Assembly (NCBI RefSeq): GCF_036321535.1 | Contig: NC_087443.1 | Span: forward strand, 72,788,001 to 72,852,000 | Direction: 5' to 3' | DNA from: Camelus dromedarius | Taxonomy: Eukaryota | Length of the DNA stretch: 64,000 bases | Shown: piece after piece, positions 49,180 to 59,640 of the stretch | Layout of the letters: every line of letters starts with the position of its first letter | Position numbering within the stretch: the first letter of the stretch is position 1 | Notes under the pieces: generated by a model | The model's input: only the letters and a program-made list of their open reading frames with translations | Databases searched by the model: none | Told to the model about the DNA's origin: nothing | Made by a program: the position numbers and the translations under genes

Positions 49180-49800
49180 TAGTCACTTGCTCTTTCAGTT
49201 GCAAGAGACAAAAAGCCTGGGGGTGCATATTGCTCAGCACTAGAGCACGTGCCTAGCATGCACGAGGTCCTGGGTTCAATCCCCAGTACCTCCATTAAAA
49301 AAAAAAAAGAAAGAAAAAACCCCAACACCACTGGCTTAAGCAGAGACAGGTAGACAAACGTGCAGGAGCCGGGAGGGCCGCAGCTGGCTGCCTGCTGGGG
49401 CTCCGGTGATACTGGATATTCGCAGCATCAGGCTTCTGTCTTCCCCACTCAGCTGTCTCTCCCCTGTGCTGCCGTCATTCTCTGTGGGCTCTCACTGTCT
49501 GGTGGGAAAGACAGTTATGTCAGCTCTTGGCTCACCAATCCTAAGGCCTTGTCATCCCAGAGGGGAACAAGTGTCTTTTTTCTGGGAGTTCTAGCAAAAA
49601 CCCTGGAAGGACTCCAAGGCCCATCGCGTGCCTTCAGACTACCATTGTGGCCATGAGACAGGTCTGATTGGCCAGGACTGAGTCACGTGCCCATCCCTGA
49701 GTCTTAGGAGGGCTTGCTCCCTTAGAACTGTAGGTTGGAATTTTACAGACTCAGGGAGAGGAGGTTCCCCAAAGGAGGGGAGATGGAACAGACCAAAAAC
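49180..49800 (-). mobile_element. MLT1K/J-like LTR containing SINE copy 7
   Basis: TTCAGTTGCAAGAGACAAAAA[SINE]CCCAACACCACTGGCTTAAGCA...TGATTGGCCAGGACTGAGTCACGTGCCCATCCCTG. Confidence 0.65.
49219..49320 (+). mobile_element. tRNA-Ala-derived SINE, copy 7, inside an MLT1 LTR
   Basis: CTAGCATGCACGAGGTCCTGGGTTCAATCCCCAGTACCTCCA followed by a poly(A) tail; A box degraded. Confidence 0.87.
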
Positions 49801-51288
49801 CCCACTTCCACAATGACAATACCCGGTGTTTATTAAGCAATTGCTATGTACCAAGCTCTGGTCTGAGGCCTTTCTCTGCATTGTCTTATTGAATCCTCAC
49901 GCTGATCCTGGGACATAGGTACATTCTCAGTTTGCAGATGAGGAAACAGAAGGATAAAATGTCAGGTCAGTTGCCCTGAGGCACACAGGCACTGAATGCT
50001 GAGGCTGGGATTTCCATATGAGTGATGGCTGCACCTCCCGTGGATAAACTGTTTGGGTGTGAAAGTGAGAGGGCGTGATGGTTCTGTCCCTATCTCCTTG
50101 TTGTGTTCTGGGTCTCCAAGGAACCGCCCTCTAAGGGGATGATTGATTGTCCTGGCTCCTCCTCTACACCAGGCAAGGATGTAGTCCTTCCTTACCTCCA
50201 GGTAGCTCTCTGAACTGAGGTCTACCTCACCCTCTTCCTGGTTTCCCCACGAAGTCACCTAACTGTTCCCAGTGCAGCTGCAGAATCAAGGGGCTAATTT
50301 TCAGTGCTTGAGAGGGTCCAAGGCAACGTGTCTCAGCCAGATCTTTGAGCATCTTTCTAGCCAGAGAAAGCCTCTTGCAGAGTCATCGCAGGAAGAGCCA
50401 CAGGGGACCCTCCCATCTTACCTCCAACATGCCCCTTCATTTTTCAGAGGAAGACTGAGGCCCAGAGGAAGCAAATGAGTTGCTTGAAGTCACACAGGAA
50501 GTCATTGGCCAGAACTCTGGTCTCTAGGCCTCTGGGCTTCGAGTCTTGCATTGTATTTCGTCTTCAGAACTCTCTTGGCTACCAAGTGACTGAGACCGGT
50601 CACTTCCTGTCCCTGTGCCTCTATCCTCAGCTGGAAAATGCAGGGTTTTCATCATTTGAAGCATTTTAAGACTGGGCTTTGCTCCAATTGGGAAAATATG
50701 AATTTTTTTTTACTGTATTTATTAGGATGTTTTGAATTACAAGTCCTTTTTAAATTTTTTCAAATTGCCCTAAATACTGTTCATAAATAAGATTTTCAGA
50801 TGTGGTTTGGGCTGCAGGCGTGGTTTGATCCAGAGATTCATGTCTTCACCAAAGCAACTACTCATAATTTTCCCAGCTCTGACCTCCTCTGTATGTCAGC
50901 CTCATCATCACAGCAGCATTTTTTTTTTTTTTTTTTGCAGTATCAAGAACACTGCAACAGACTCTGGCCTCACACCCATGCACCCCAGCACCAGAAGAAA
51001 AGAAAGCACCTTGGCTTAGCATGCCCAGACAAAGTCTGTGGTTCACTCTCATTTTACTGGCTTGGGTTACACGCCCGCCACCCTTAGCCAGTGGAATGTG
51101 ATGTGCTGATCAGCCAGCCAGGGGCAGAGTCATAGTCCGTAGAACTGTTGGCATCCCCATACCAAATTCAGGGCGTCGGAAAGGGAGTGGGCTGGGGCGC
51201 AGAGGCTAGGTCATAACTGGTGCCTTTTTCTATGCTAACCATGACCCTTTTGAGTCTACAGAGCCTGGAGATAGATAAGGGGTCCTGA

Positions 51289-51528
<240 letters not shown>

Positions 51529-52439
51529 TGAGGGTGGGGGAAAGTGGGGAGCACTTTGACCTTCGATCAGTAATCAACTTTGTCCAAAGGAAAACAGACC
51601 ACATGGCTTAGATGGATGAAGAATAAACTTGTTGCTTAAAACATTGCCAGTGCATACTTTGAGAATGCAGACTTGTCTCCAGGTCATCACCTGCTGTGTG
51701 GCCGTGGGGGGCCACCTCCTGCTCTGGGCCTCGGCTGCTGCTGCTTTTACATGAGGTTCTGTCTGTCCTCTGATTTGGGGAGCCTGGGTTATTATGCGAT
51801 AGTGTCTAGGAAGTTGGGTGATTTTCCCAACACCCCAAAGTAGCTCTTGGAATCCATGGTCCCTTCTTCCAACTAGGAACCCGTTTTCTAAAGTTCCAAA
51901 GCTTGTGTTTGTTTGTAAACTTGTTTACCGTCTGCTTACCCATGAGAATGCAAGCTCCCTGAGGCCAGGACCCTGGGCTTCCTGCCTAGCATTTGCCCAG
52001 CACATACAGGCATCCAGTAAATGTTTGCAGGAGGAATACATGTCGGTCATTTCGAGCCAATCTGACAGCTGCTGGCTGCATTTGCTGCTGGCCCACGTGG
52101 CCATGACTGACTCCAGGCTGACTTCCTCCAGATGTACTGGTCATTCATTTGTTTAACACATGCTGATTGATCTGCGTGGGCTTTTAGAACAGGACGTAGA
52201 AACATGCCTGAGTTCTTCAGCACTTGGTCAGGAGGGCAGGGCGCCTCAGCCTGGCATGCTTCCTTTTGGGTGTCTATCCAAGGAAGTGGGAAAGTGAAGG
52301 ATGGGGTCAATCATGAAAGGATTGGGAGCATCCAGGCCCCCCTTTCCAAGGCAGGGGGTCATGATGCTGTTGCTTCCTAGAGGCCCTAATGCCATCATTG
52401 GCTGCAGCCATCCTGACCTCTGTCTTGGTTTGGGGGATA

Positions 52440-52800
52440 GCCCTGTGGAGCCCCAGTTTCTGTGTCTGCTTCAGGGTCTCAATGTGGATCTCTAGACCCA
52501 CTGGCCAAACTGTCCACTGAATGTCTCCACTGGACGTCACATGGGCCCCTCAAAGTCAACACATCCTAAGCAAACTCAGCACCTTCCCCCGCCCAGGCCA
52601 CCACAGCTACCAGCCCTGACAAGGCCCCTGTCCCAGTGACCAACACCCCACCGTCACCCAAGCCTGAAAGCTTTGTGTTATCCTTGACCCCTCTCTTTCC
52701 GTCATTCCTTACCTAACCCGATCTAGGACCATGTGCCTGGATCCTTGACCTCACCCGACCCTGTTCCATCCCCTCTGGCCTCCATCTTAGTCTCCGTGTA
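52440..52800 (+). mobile_element. L2 internal fragment
   Basis: TCTCCACTGGACGTCACATGGGCCCCTCAAAGTCAACACATCCTAAGCAAACTC...TCCTTGACCCCTCTCTTTCC. Confidence 0.65.
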
Positions 52801-52954
52801 AATAGGCTCTCGCGGGTCTCGTACAAGGGATGACGACAGTTCTCAGCCTGGGCTGAGCAGTAGAAACACCTGGGAGTCTTAAAAAACACCAATGCCTGAG
52901 CTGAAGCCCAGACCCATTAATTTGAATCTCTGGGGATGGAGCCTAGTATTTTCA

Positions 52955-53209
52955 TAACTTTTTATTATGGAAAATTTCGAACTATAAAAAGTGAAAATCT
53001 ACGGAATAGCATAATGAACCCCCATGCACCCTTCACCCCGCCTCAACAGCTACGAACTCCAGGCCAATCTTTTTTCGCCCACATCCTCTCCTCTGTAGCA
53101 TTTTGCAGCTGATCTCACTTACGTCATTTCATCTGTGAACATTTCAGGATGTATTGCTAAGCGATGAGGTCTCTTTAACCAAAAAACCCCATAATACCAT
53201 TATCACAGC

Positions 53210-53247
<38 letters not shown>

Positions 53248-53800
53248 TAATAATAATAATAATTCTTTATCATCATCAAATTAGTCAGTGTTCAGATTTC
53301 TGATTTTCTCATACTTTTTGTGAATGCATGTTTTCACGGTTTATAACTATTTCCAAGGGCGTCCCAGAGTGTGAATGTTGTGTTCTCACCCCCATGTGTC
53401 ATTTAATAGGTTCCTCTGTATTTCTTGTAAATTGCTCTTTGAATCTAGAAACTTGGTCAGATTCGGTTTCACCTTGGCAGTGGTGGGACTGACTTCATAA
53501 GTCATTTCACGCTCTCTTGCTCGGGGACTTGCAGTATCTGGTTGTCTGTCTTTCTGCGACAGCAGCAACTGTTGATATTCAGGACCTAAATGTGTTGATT
53601 AATTAGAGGTCGTAACAAGGGGCATTCTAAAGTCTGTCATTCCTCCTTCATTTGCTAACTGGGAAACACTTCCTTTCAATTACTGTTTGGTTACCCAGTG
53701 GTAAAGTTCATACAGGAGATGCTTGATTCTTTCCCTATGTTTATGTTTTCAAAGGACCAAATTGGCTCGCCGGCATCTTCCAATGCTAGTAACCAGTTGG
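52955..53800 (-). mobile_element. Old L1 (L1MC/L1ME-like) 3' fragment
   Basis: TTTTATTATGGAAAATTTCGAAC...ATAATGAACCCCCATGCACCC start, typical of antisense L1MC-type 3' ends. Confidence 0.7.
53211..53263 (+). repeat. (ATA)n trinucleotide microsatellite, ~17 units with one interruption
   Basis: Read directly from the sequence; lies inside an old L1 fragment. Confidence 0.95.
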
Positions 53801-55539
53801 AGTTTTAAGTGCGTGGATATTAACATGGGGGCATTTGGATGCATTGGTGCCCCGTGGTCTCATCTTTGGCCTGTGGGAGCCCTTCAGGTTGGTTTCTGAA
53901 CCCTTGGGAGGACCCCAGTAGACACTGGCAGCCTCCTTGCTATCTGGTGTGATGTGATGTTTTGGGCTCGTCTTGTATGTTTCCTGCCCGGCACTTAGAG
54001 TTCATCATTGCTCCAAGGATCTCTGCTTCCTTTTCCTGGGAAATTGTACTTGGAGACTACAGTTTAGCACTAGGGGTGCTCATTACCGCTGGATTGGCCA
54101 TTGTTGGGGGCTGGCATTGGCAGTTTTTAAATCTCCCAGGACTGTACTGTGTGTGTGTCCAGGGTTCGGAAACACTGACATTCAGGATGAAGTCCAAGTT
54201 CTGCGGCTGACTTACCAGACCTTCCACCCACGGGCCCCTGCCCGCCCTTTCATCCCTGGCCTTCTCCAGGTCTTTCTTGAGCCCTGCATTCCTGGCCCCC
54301 CACCTGCTTGTGGTGGCTCTGACTTGCCAGGCTGATTAAAACCTCTCGGCCCTGACTCCCCACCCCTCGCTGCCTGAAATGCTTCCCAGGCCCCCTCTGC
54401 CTGGTGAGCGCCTGCCTGCTCGTCACCCCCGCACTCTGCTCTCAGAAGCCTTCCTGGTCCGCCCTCTCTCCCCCTGTGCTCCGTGCTCCAGGTGCTCGTG
54501 GTGAACGCACCTGAGCCTCGTTACTGCACGATGCCGGCAGAATGGTGGGTTGGGAAAGTGCAGGCTCCCGAGACAGACCGCGGGGCAGTGCTGGCGCCAT
54601 CCCAGCTGCCACTGAAACCGTGGGCAGGCGCTCAGCCTCTGTGCCGCACGCCTTCACCTCTAAGCGGGGACATAGTTGTACCCGGTAGTGGTGGAGGTGT
54701 TGAGGGGAGACGGAGCTCACACTGCTCAGGGCAGTGTCCCGCACGGTCCAGATGTCGCCAGCACAGCTTCGTTTGTGTGCCTGCCTCTTCCACTAACTGG
54801 AAGTCTCTTGGCAGGACAGACGTAGCTCATCACCTCTGAGTCCTCACAATGCTGCACCTGACAGGTGGTTGATGCTCAGGACTCGGGGCCACTGGGGGCT
54901 GGTGACGTGCCCAGAGTCACACTGAGAGTGAGTGGCAGAGTGTGGCCTGAACCAGCTCTCCCAGCCCCTAGTCCTATCTCTTTGCTTCACGTCGTGCTGC
55001 CTCTGCGGTGACAAATTGGGCCCGGCTTCCCAGCATCTGCGGTGGGGTAGGCTCGTTGTTTGAAGCAGACCTACCATGAATCCTTCTGCAAAGTGACCCA
55101 TCAGTCTCCCCAGGAACCTGTGCAGTGACACGCTATTTCTCCCAGATTGGATTTTCTCAAAGCAAGACCCAGAAGTATGGAAATCCAAGCCTCCATGATT
55201 CTGTCTCAATCCCACTTCAGTAGCCAGGCTGGAGGGTTAGGGTGTCTGTTTTGTGTGTGAACAGGCAGGTTTAGGCCCATTACACACCCTGGGGGACCCA
55301 CCTTTATAAGGGTCTTTGTGGCCATCAGACTTGGGGGCTACTTGCCAAGAATGCCTCCAAAGCCCACCTCACAGGCTCCTGGAGGGTTCACAATGCCAGG
55401 TGGCTTGAGGAGCCCTTAGCAGGCCCTGGGTCTTTGTTTCTTTTCTCCATGGGGTCACAGAACTATGACCCTGGCAAGGCTGTCACTTGGGGCAGGAAGA
55501 GAAGCCCCAGTCTCATGTTCCCAACCATTCTTTTGGTCT

Positions 55540-56760
55540 TTCCTTCATTTAACAAAAGTACTGTCTGCCAGGCACTGTTCTAGGCCCCTGGAATAAATCG
55601 GTGAATAAAATGGACCAAGATCTCTGTCCTCGTGGTGTTTACATTCTATTCAGGGAGAGGTGGGTCACCAACAACAAGCAAAATGCGTCAATGATGTGGA
55701 ATGTTAGGAGGTGATGCATGGGACAGGAAAAGGAAGAACTAGGGCAGGTTAAGGGGTGCAAGTGGGCAAATGGGGGACTGCTTGTAGTGTTAAGCAGGGT
55801 GGTCAGCAGAAAGACCTTTGGAAAGGTGACACTTGACAGAAGGTGAGAAGGTGTTGAGGAAGTTGGCAGGTGAGGATATGGTGGCGGAGCACGTGGGCTG
55901 GGGAACAGTGCAAAGGCCCGCAGGCAGGGTGTCCATGGCCAGAAGGGAGCGAAGGGAGCCGGGGCAGAGGGGATCTAGGAGTTGACCATGCAAGACCTTG
56001 TACCATTAAAGAACTTTGATGTTGAGTGAAGTAGGGGAGCCACTAGAGGGTTCAGAGCAGAGCAGTGGCATGGTCTGATTTAGGTTTTTATTTTTATTTT
56101 ATTTTTAAAATTTTTTTTTGTGGAGGGAAGAGGTAATTAGGTTTTTATTTATTTATCTTTAATAGAGTTACTGGGGCTTGAACCCAGGACCTTGTGCGTG
56201 CTAGGCGTGCACTCTACCACTGAGCTATACCTCCCCCCGGATTTAGGTTTTTAAAGGCTCCCTCTGGCTCCTGTGTTGGGAGCAGGGTATGGGGGGCAAG
56301 GTGGGGAGTGGGGAGCTTGAGCTGGTGGTCACTCAAGCCAGCATGGAAGCAGCCAGCCACAGTGACAGGTGGTAGGATTTGGGGCCTGTTCTGAAGGCAG
56401 AGTTAACAGTGTTTTCTGATGCCCTGGGGGTGAGAAAGAAGAATTGGGGATGACTTCAGAGTGTTGACCCGCACAAGTGGGAGGATGGAGTGAGGGTGAG
56501 GCTGTAGGAGGCTCATTTAGGGGAAGGTCTGGAACTTCATTTTGGGCACATGCAGCTTCAGATGTCTAACTGGCATCCCGGTGGAGATGTTCGAGGGGAG
56601 GTGGGTGTTGAATTCTGGAGTTTGTGAGAAAGGTCTGGGCTGGAAATAGCAAATTGGGAGTTGTCAACATAGAGCTGGTATTTAGAGCCACGGGCTGGAT
56701 GAGCTCACCAAGGCGATGAACCTGATGGAGGAAGGAGGTGAGGACCAGAGTCTGAGCCCT
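55540..56760 (-). mobile_element. L2 fragment (long), interrupted by SINE copy 8
   Basis: TTCATTTAACAA...GCCAGGCACTGTTCTAGGC...GTGACACTTGA...GGGAGCCACTAGAGGGTT...TGGAAATAGCAAATTGGGAGTTGTCAACATAGAGCTGGTATTTAGAGCC. Confidence 0.8.
56091..56238 (-). mobile_element. tRNA-Ala-derived SINE, copy 8, inside an L2
   Basis: Reverse-complement head and tail; perfect 14-nt TSD GATTTAGGTTTTTA at 56077-56090 / 56240-56253. Confidence 0.92.
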
Positions 56761-57029
56761 CGACCTAGGCTCCTCCCCATCTGGAAGAGATGAGGCATCG
56801 GCAGCTCTAGGACCTGTCTGGAGAGTGGATGAGGCAGAGCAGGGCAAGGCTAAACCCAGGAGCCAGTGGAATTTTCCAGCCACGTGTCTTTTTAGACACT
56901 TACAGTCGGTTTGAGAAGAAGAAGAAAAAAATCCAATGGATGCCTATTTTCATTCTGGTTGTGCAGACGTTCTCTTTTGCTGGGCCTGCACCAAGAGCTT
57001 TCTTTTGGAAAGGAAAAGGGAGTCTGGCT

Positions 57030-57300
57030 GCCTGTGTTACCGCGACGAACGCTCTTTACACACGCCTTAACGAAGCCGCCACTCACGAGAGGCCCCCCCC
57101 CCCGCCCCCTCGCGTTTTTTGTCTGCATCTTTGGGAATTAGCAAGGCCTTTCACCGCCCATCCTGACGTCAAATGACCAGCCTTTGGAACACCTCTTTTA
57201 CGCACGAAGACTTTATTAAGTTTTCCAGAGCTGGCGCGATGCTCGTCTGAAATAACGTTTTTTTCTTCCGTCCTGACTGGAACTCCGAGGAGGGGGAGCT
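57030..57300. promoter_or_regulatory. CpG-rich non-repeat patch with a full CRE and a GC box (candidate intronic enhancer or promoter)
   Basis: About 20 CpGs in ~270 bp; TGACGTCA at 57164-57171; CCCCGCCCC near 57097-57106. Confidence 0.45.
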
Positions 57301-58139
57301 GGCGGTGCCCTTGGTGCCCACGCTCCAGTGCCCTCTGGCTCAGCCAGTGCCGTCCACACTGTTCCCACCTCTGTGTTGAATTTCTACCAAGTGGAGTTTA
57401 TTTAAAAAATAGCCTGTCCTTGTCGGGCTCTGACGTAGCCCCCAGGGAAGGCTGCTCCGCTGCACAGACCTAACGTCTGAGATTCTCAAGTCAAACAGGA
57501 GACGCTGGCTGCTTTAAGATGGGGCCTCGGTGATTTCGGGCGCAGCAGAACCGTTTGTGCACCATTCATCAGACTGCAGGGGTAATTTGGCCCTTAGTCG
57601 TGATGGTCGAGCTGCTTCTGGGAGCCCAAGAAAGACCCCCCCATTGCCCTCCCACAGAGAAATGGAGTCAGTGACCTGAGCCAAGACTTCAGGTAGATTT
57701 GGCTTCTGGAGGGTAAAGAAGACTTGCCCAGCTGGTCAGAGGATCAGAAGGGGTTCCAGGCTCAGGTCAGCCTCCACAGGCCAATAGGGTTTTGCCATGG
57801 ACCTCTTAAAGAGTGACATACTTCTTCTCTAAATCGTTTTCTGGGAGCCTTGATGGCATTCCAGCTCATTTGAAACCCTGCCGTCCCCAAGCTTGGGTGT
57901 AACTTAAAGTCTTCAGGTCTCTTCTCTTTGGGGAAAGTTTGGCAGGTTGGCAGATACTCAACCAGATTTACTCAGCACACATCTATGAGCTGTCTCCAGT
58001 ATGTCACACTGTTCTAGCAGTTGGAAACTACAGAGTGAGCAAGAGAAGTTTCTGCCCTCATGGAACTTACTTTCTGATTAAACAAAATGTCAAAAACAAA
58101 AGAAAGAACATTTTTTAATGACATGCGACATTAGCTATG

Positions 58140-58810
58140 ACTTCAGGTAGCTGTCAAGTATTCATTATCTATTGCTGGGTAAGAAATTCCCTTAAAACGT
58201 AGCAGCTTGGAACAATAATAAATATTATCTCACAGTTTCTGTGGGTCAAGGTTTTGGGAATGGTTAACCGGGGTGCTACTGGCTCAAGGTCTCTCTAAAA
58301 GTTATATCAAGATGTTGGCTGGGAATATGAAACCGAATATATGTACATATATGCATGACTGGGACATTGTGCTGTACACCAGAAATTGACACATTATAAC
58401 TGACTGTACCTCAATAAAAATAAAATAAAATGAGGGGGAAAAAAAAGATGTTGGCTGGGGCTGCAATCATCTGAAGGCTTGATCTGTTTCCAAGCTTATG
58501 CACATGGCTGGCAGGATGGTGTTGGCTATTGGCTGGAGGACTCAGTTGTCTTCCATGTGAGCCTCTCCATGGATTGCTTGAGTGTCCTCAGAACATGGCT
58601 GGGTTTCCCCAGAGTGAGTGATCAAGAAGCATGGTAGAAGCTGCAGTGTCTTTTATAACCTGGTCTCGGAGGCTCCATCCTGCCATATCCCTAATATTGC
58701 AGTGGTTACATAGGTTAGCTCTGTTCGGTATGGAAGGAGCGTTCTCAAGAGCATGAGTACCAGAAGGCGAGGATTATTAAGGGGTCCATCTTGGAGACTG
58801 GTGACTACAC
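58140..58810 (-). mobile_element. Older MLT1 LTR interrupted by the short L1 insertion
   Basis: TATCTATTGCTGGGTAAGAAATTCCCTTAAAACGTAGCAGCTT...TCTCACAGTTTCTGTGGGTCAAGG...GGATTGCTTGAGTGTCCTCAGAACATGGCTGG. Confidence 0.75.
58324..58444 (+). mobile_element. Young, heavily 5'-truncated L1 3' end (~120 bp) with a perfect TSD
   Basis: GCTGTACACCAGAAATTGACACATTATAACTGACTGTACCTCAATAAAAA plus A-rich tail; 15-nt TSD AAGATGTTGGCTGGG at 58309-58323 / 58445-58459. Confidence 0.85.
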
Positions 58811-59199
58811 ATACGAGGTTACAACAAATGGAATTTCATATCAGGAAATACTGAAAAGCACTCCAAGCCATTCACTAGCCCAGACTATGGAAAATCACTT
58901 GAAACTAGTGGGCTATCACCTGGTTTAGACATGCCTGGTTATCCTGAAATTTTATTGTAAAATGATTTGAGGTGCCTCACCAGGGGAACTAAGTATTCTG
59001 TTTCTCGTATTTTTGAATCATGCCTAGTATCTGTTTTTGTCTTTCTGTCACTGCTGTGATCTCCCAAAAGAAGGAGGGTAGAGGGTAATCATTCTTTACA
59101 TGGACATAGAGACCTGCAGTAGAGTTAGTAGAGCCAGACCCTGGGAGCAGGGTTATCTTGAAAAAGTACCACTTAATATGAGTTCATATAGTGGACATC

Positions 59200-59640
59200 T
59201 ATGGGATTGTCCAGGCTCCTGGGTGCCCCATCTATACTCCCAAACAACTTGACTCTCCTAGAAGCTGCCATGTTCTTCATGATTGACCTGCAAACCACAG
59301 CTGATTGGAGCAGGGATGAGCCTGTCAGCCAATGCAGGCCAATGAATTCTTTCTCTGGGATTTATAGACTTAAAGGGAAGTCATTCTCTGGTAGAGGAGG
59401 CTTTAGAATAAAACATGGCTGTTGACTGAATGTTTCCTACCACTGGAGCAAGCCAGGCAGCACTGAAGGAGAATGAGGCCAACACACATGCTGCACACAC
59501 AGAGACGAGAGTGGGTTCCAGAAGTGCTCATGTCCCTGGTTCCTGGTGCTCTGGGCCAGGCTGCATTTCCCCTTTCCCTACAGTTTGGTTGTTCAACCCA
59601 TCCTTGGATTCCAGGAGCCCAGAGATGGCAGTTTTGACTG
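59200..59640 (+). mobile_element. ERVL LTR fragment (LTR16-like)
   Basis: GATTGGAGCAGGGATGAGCCTGTCAGCCAATGCAGGCCAATG resembles the LTR16 core; family assignment and strand are tentative. Confidence 0.5.

Noticed and set aside
57401-57412. MEF2 site next to the CRE patch
   Set aside because: TTAAAAAATAG has one A too many for the YTA(W)4TAR consensus.
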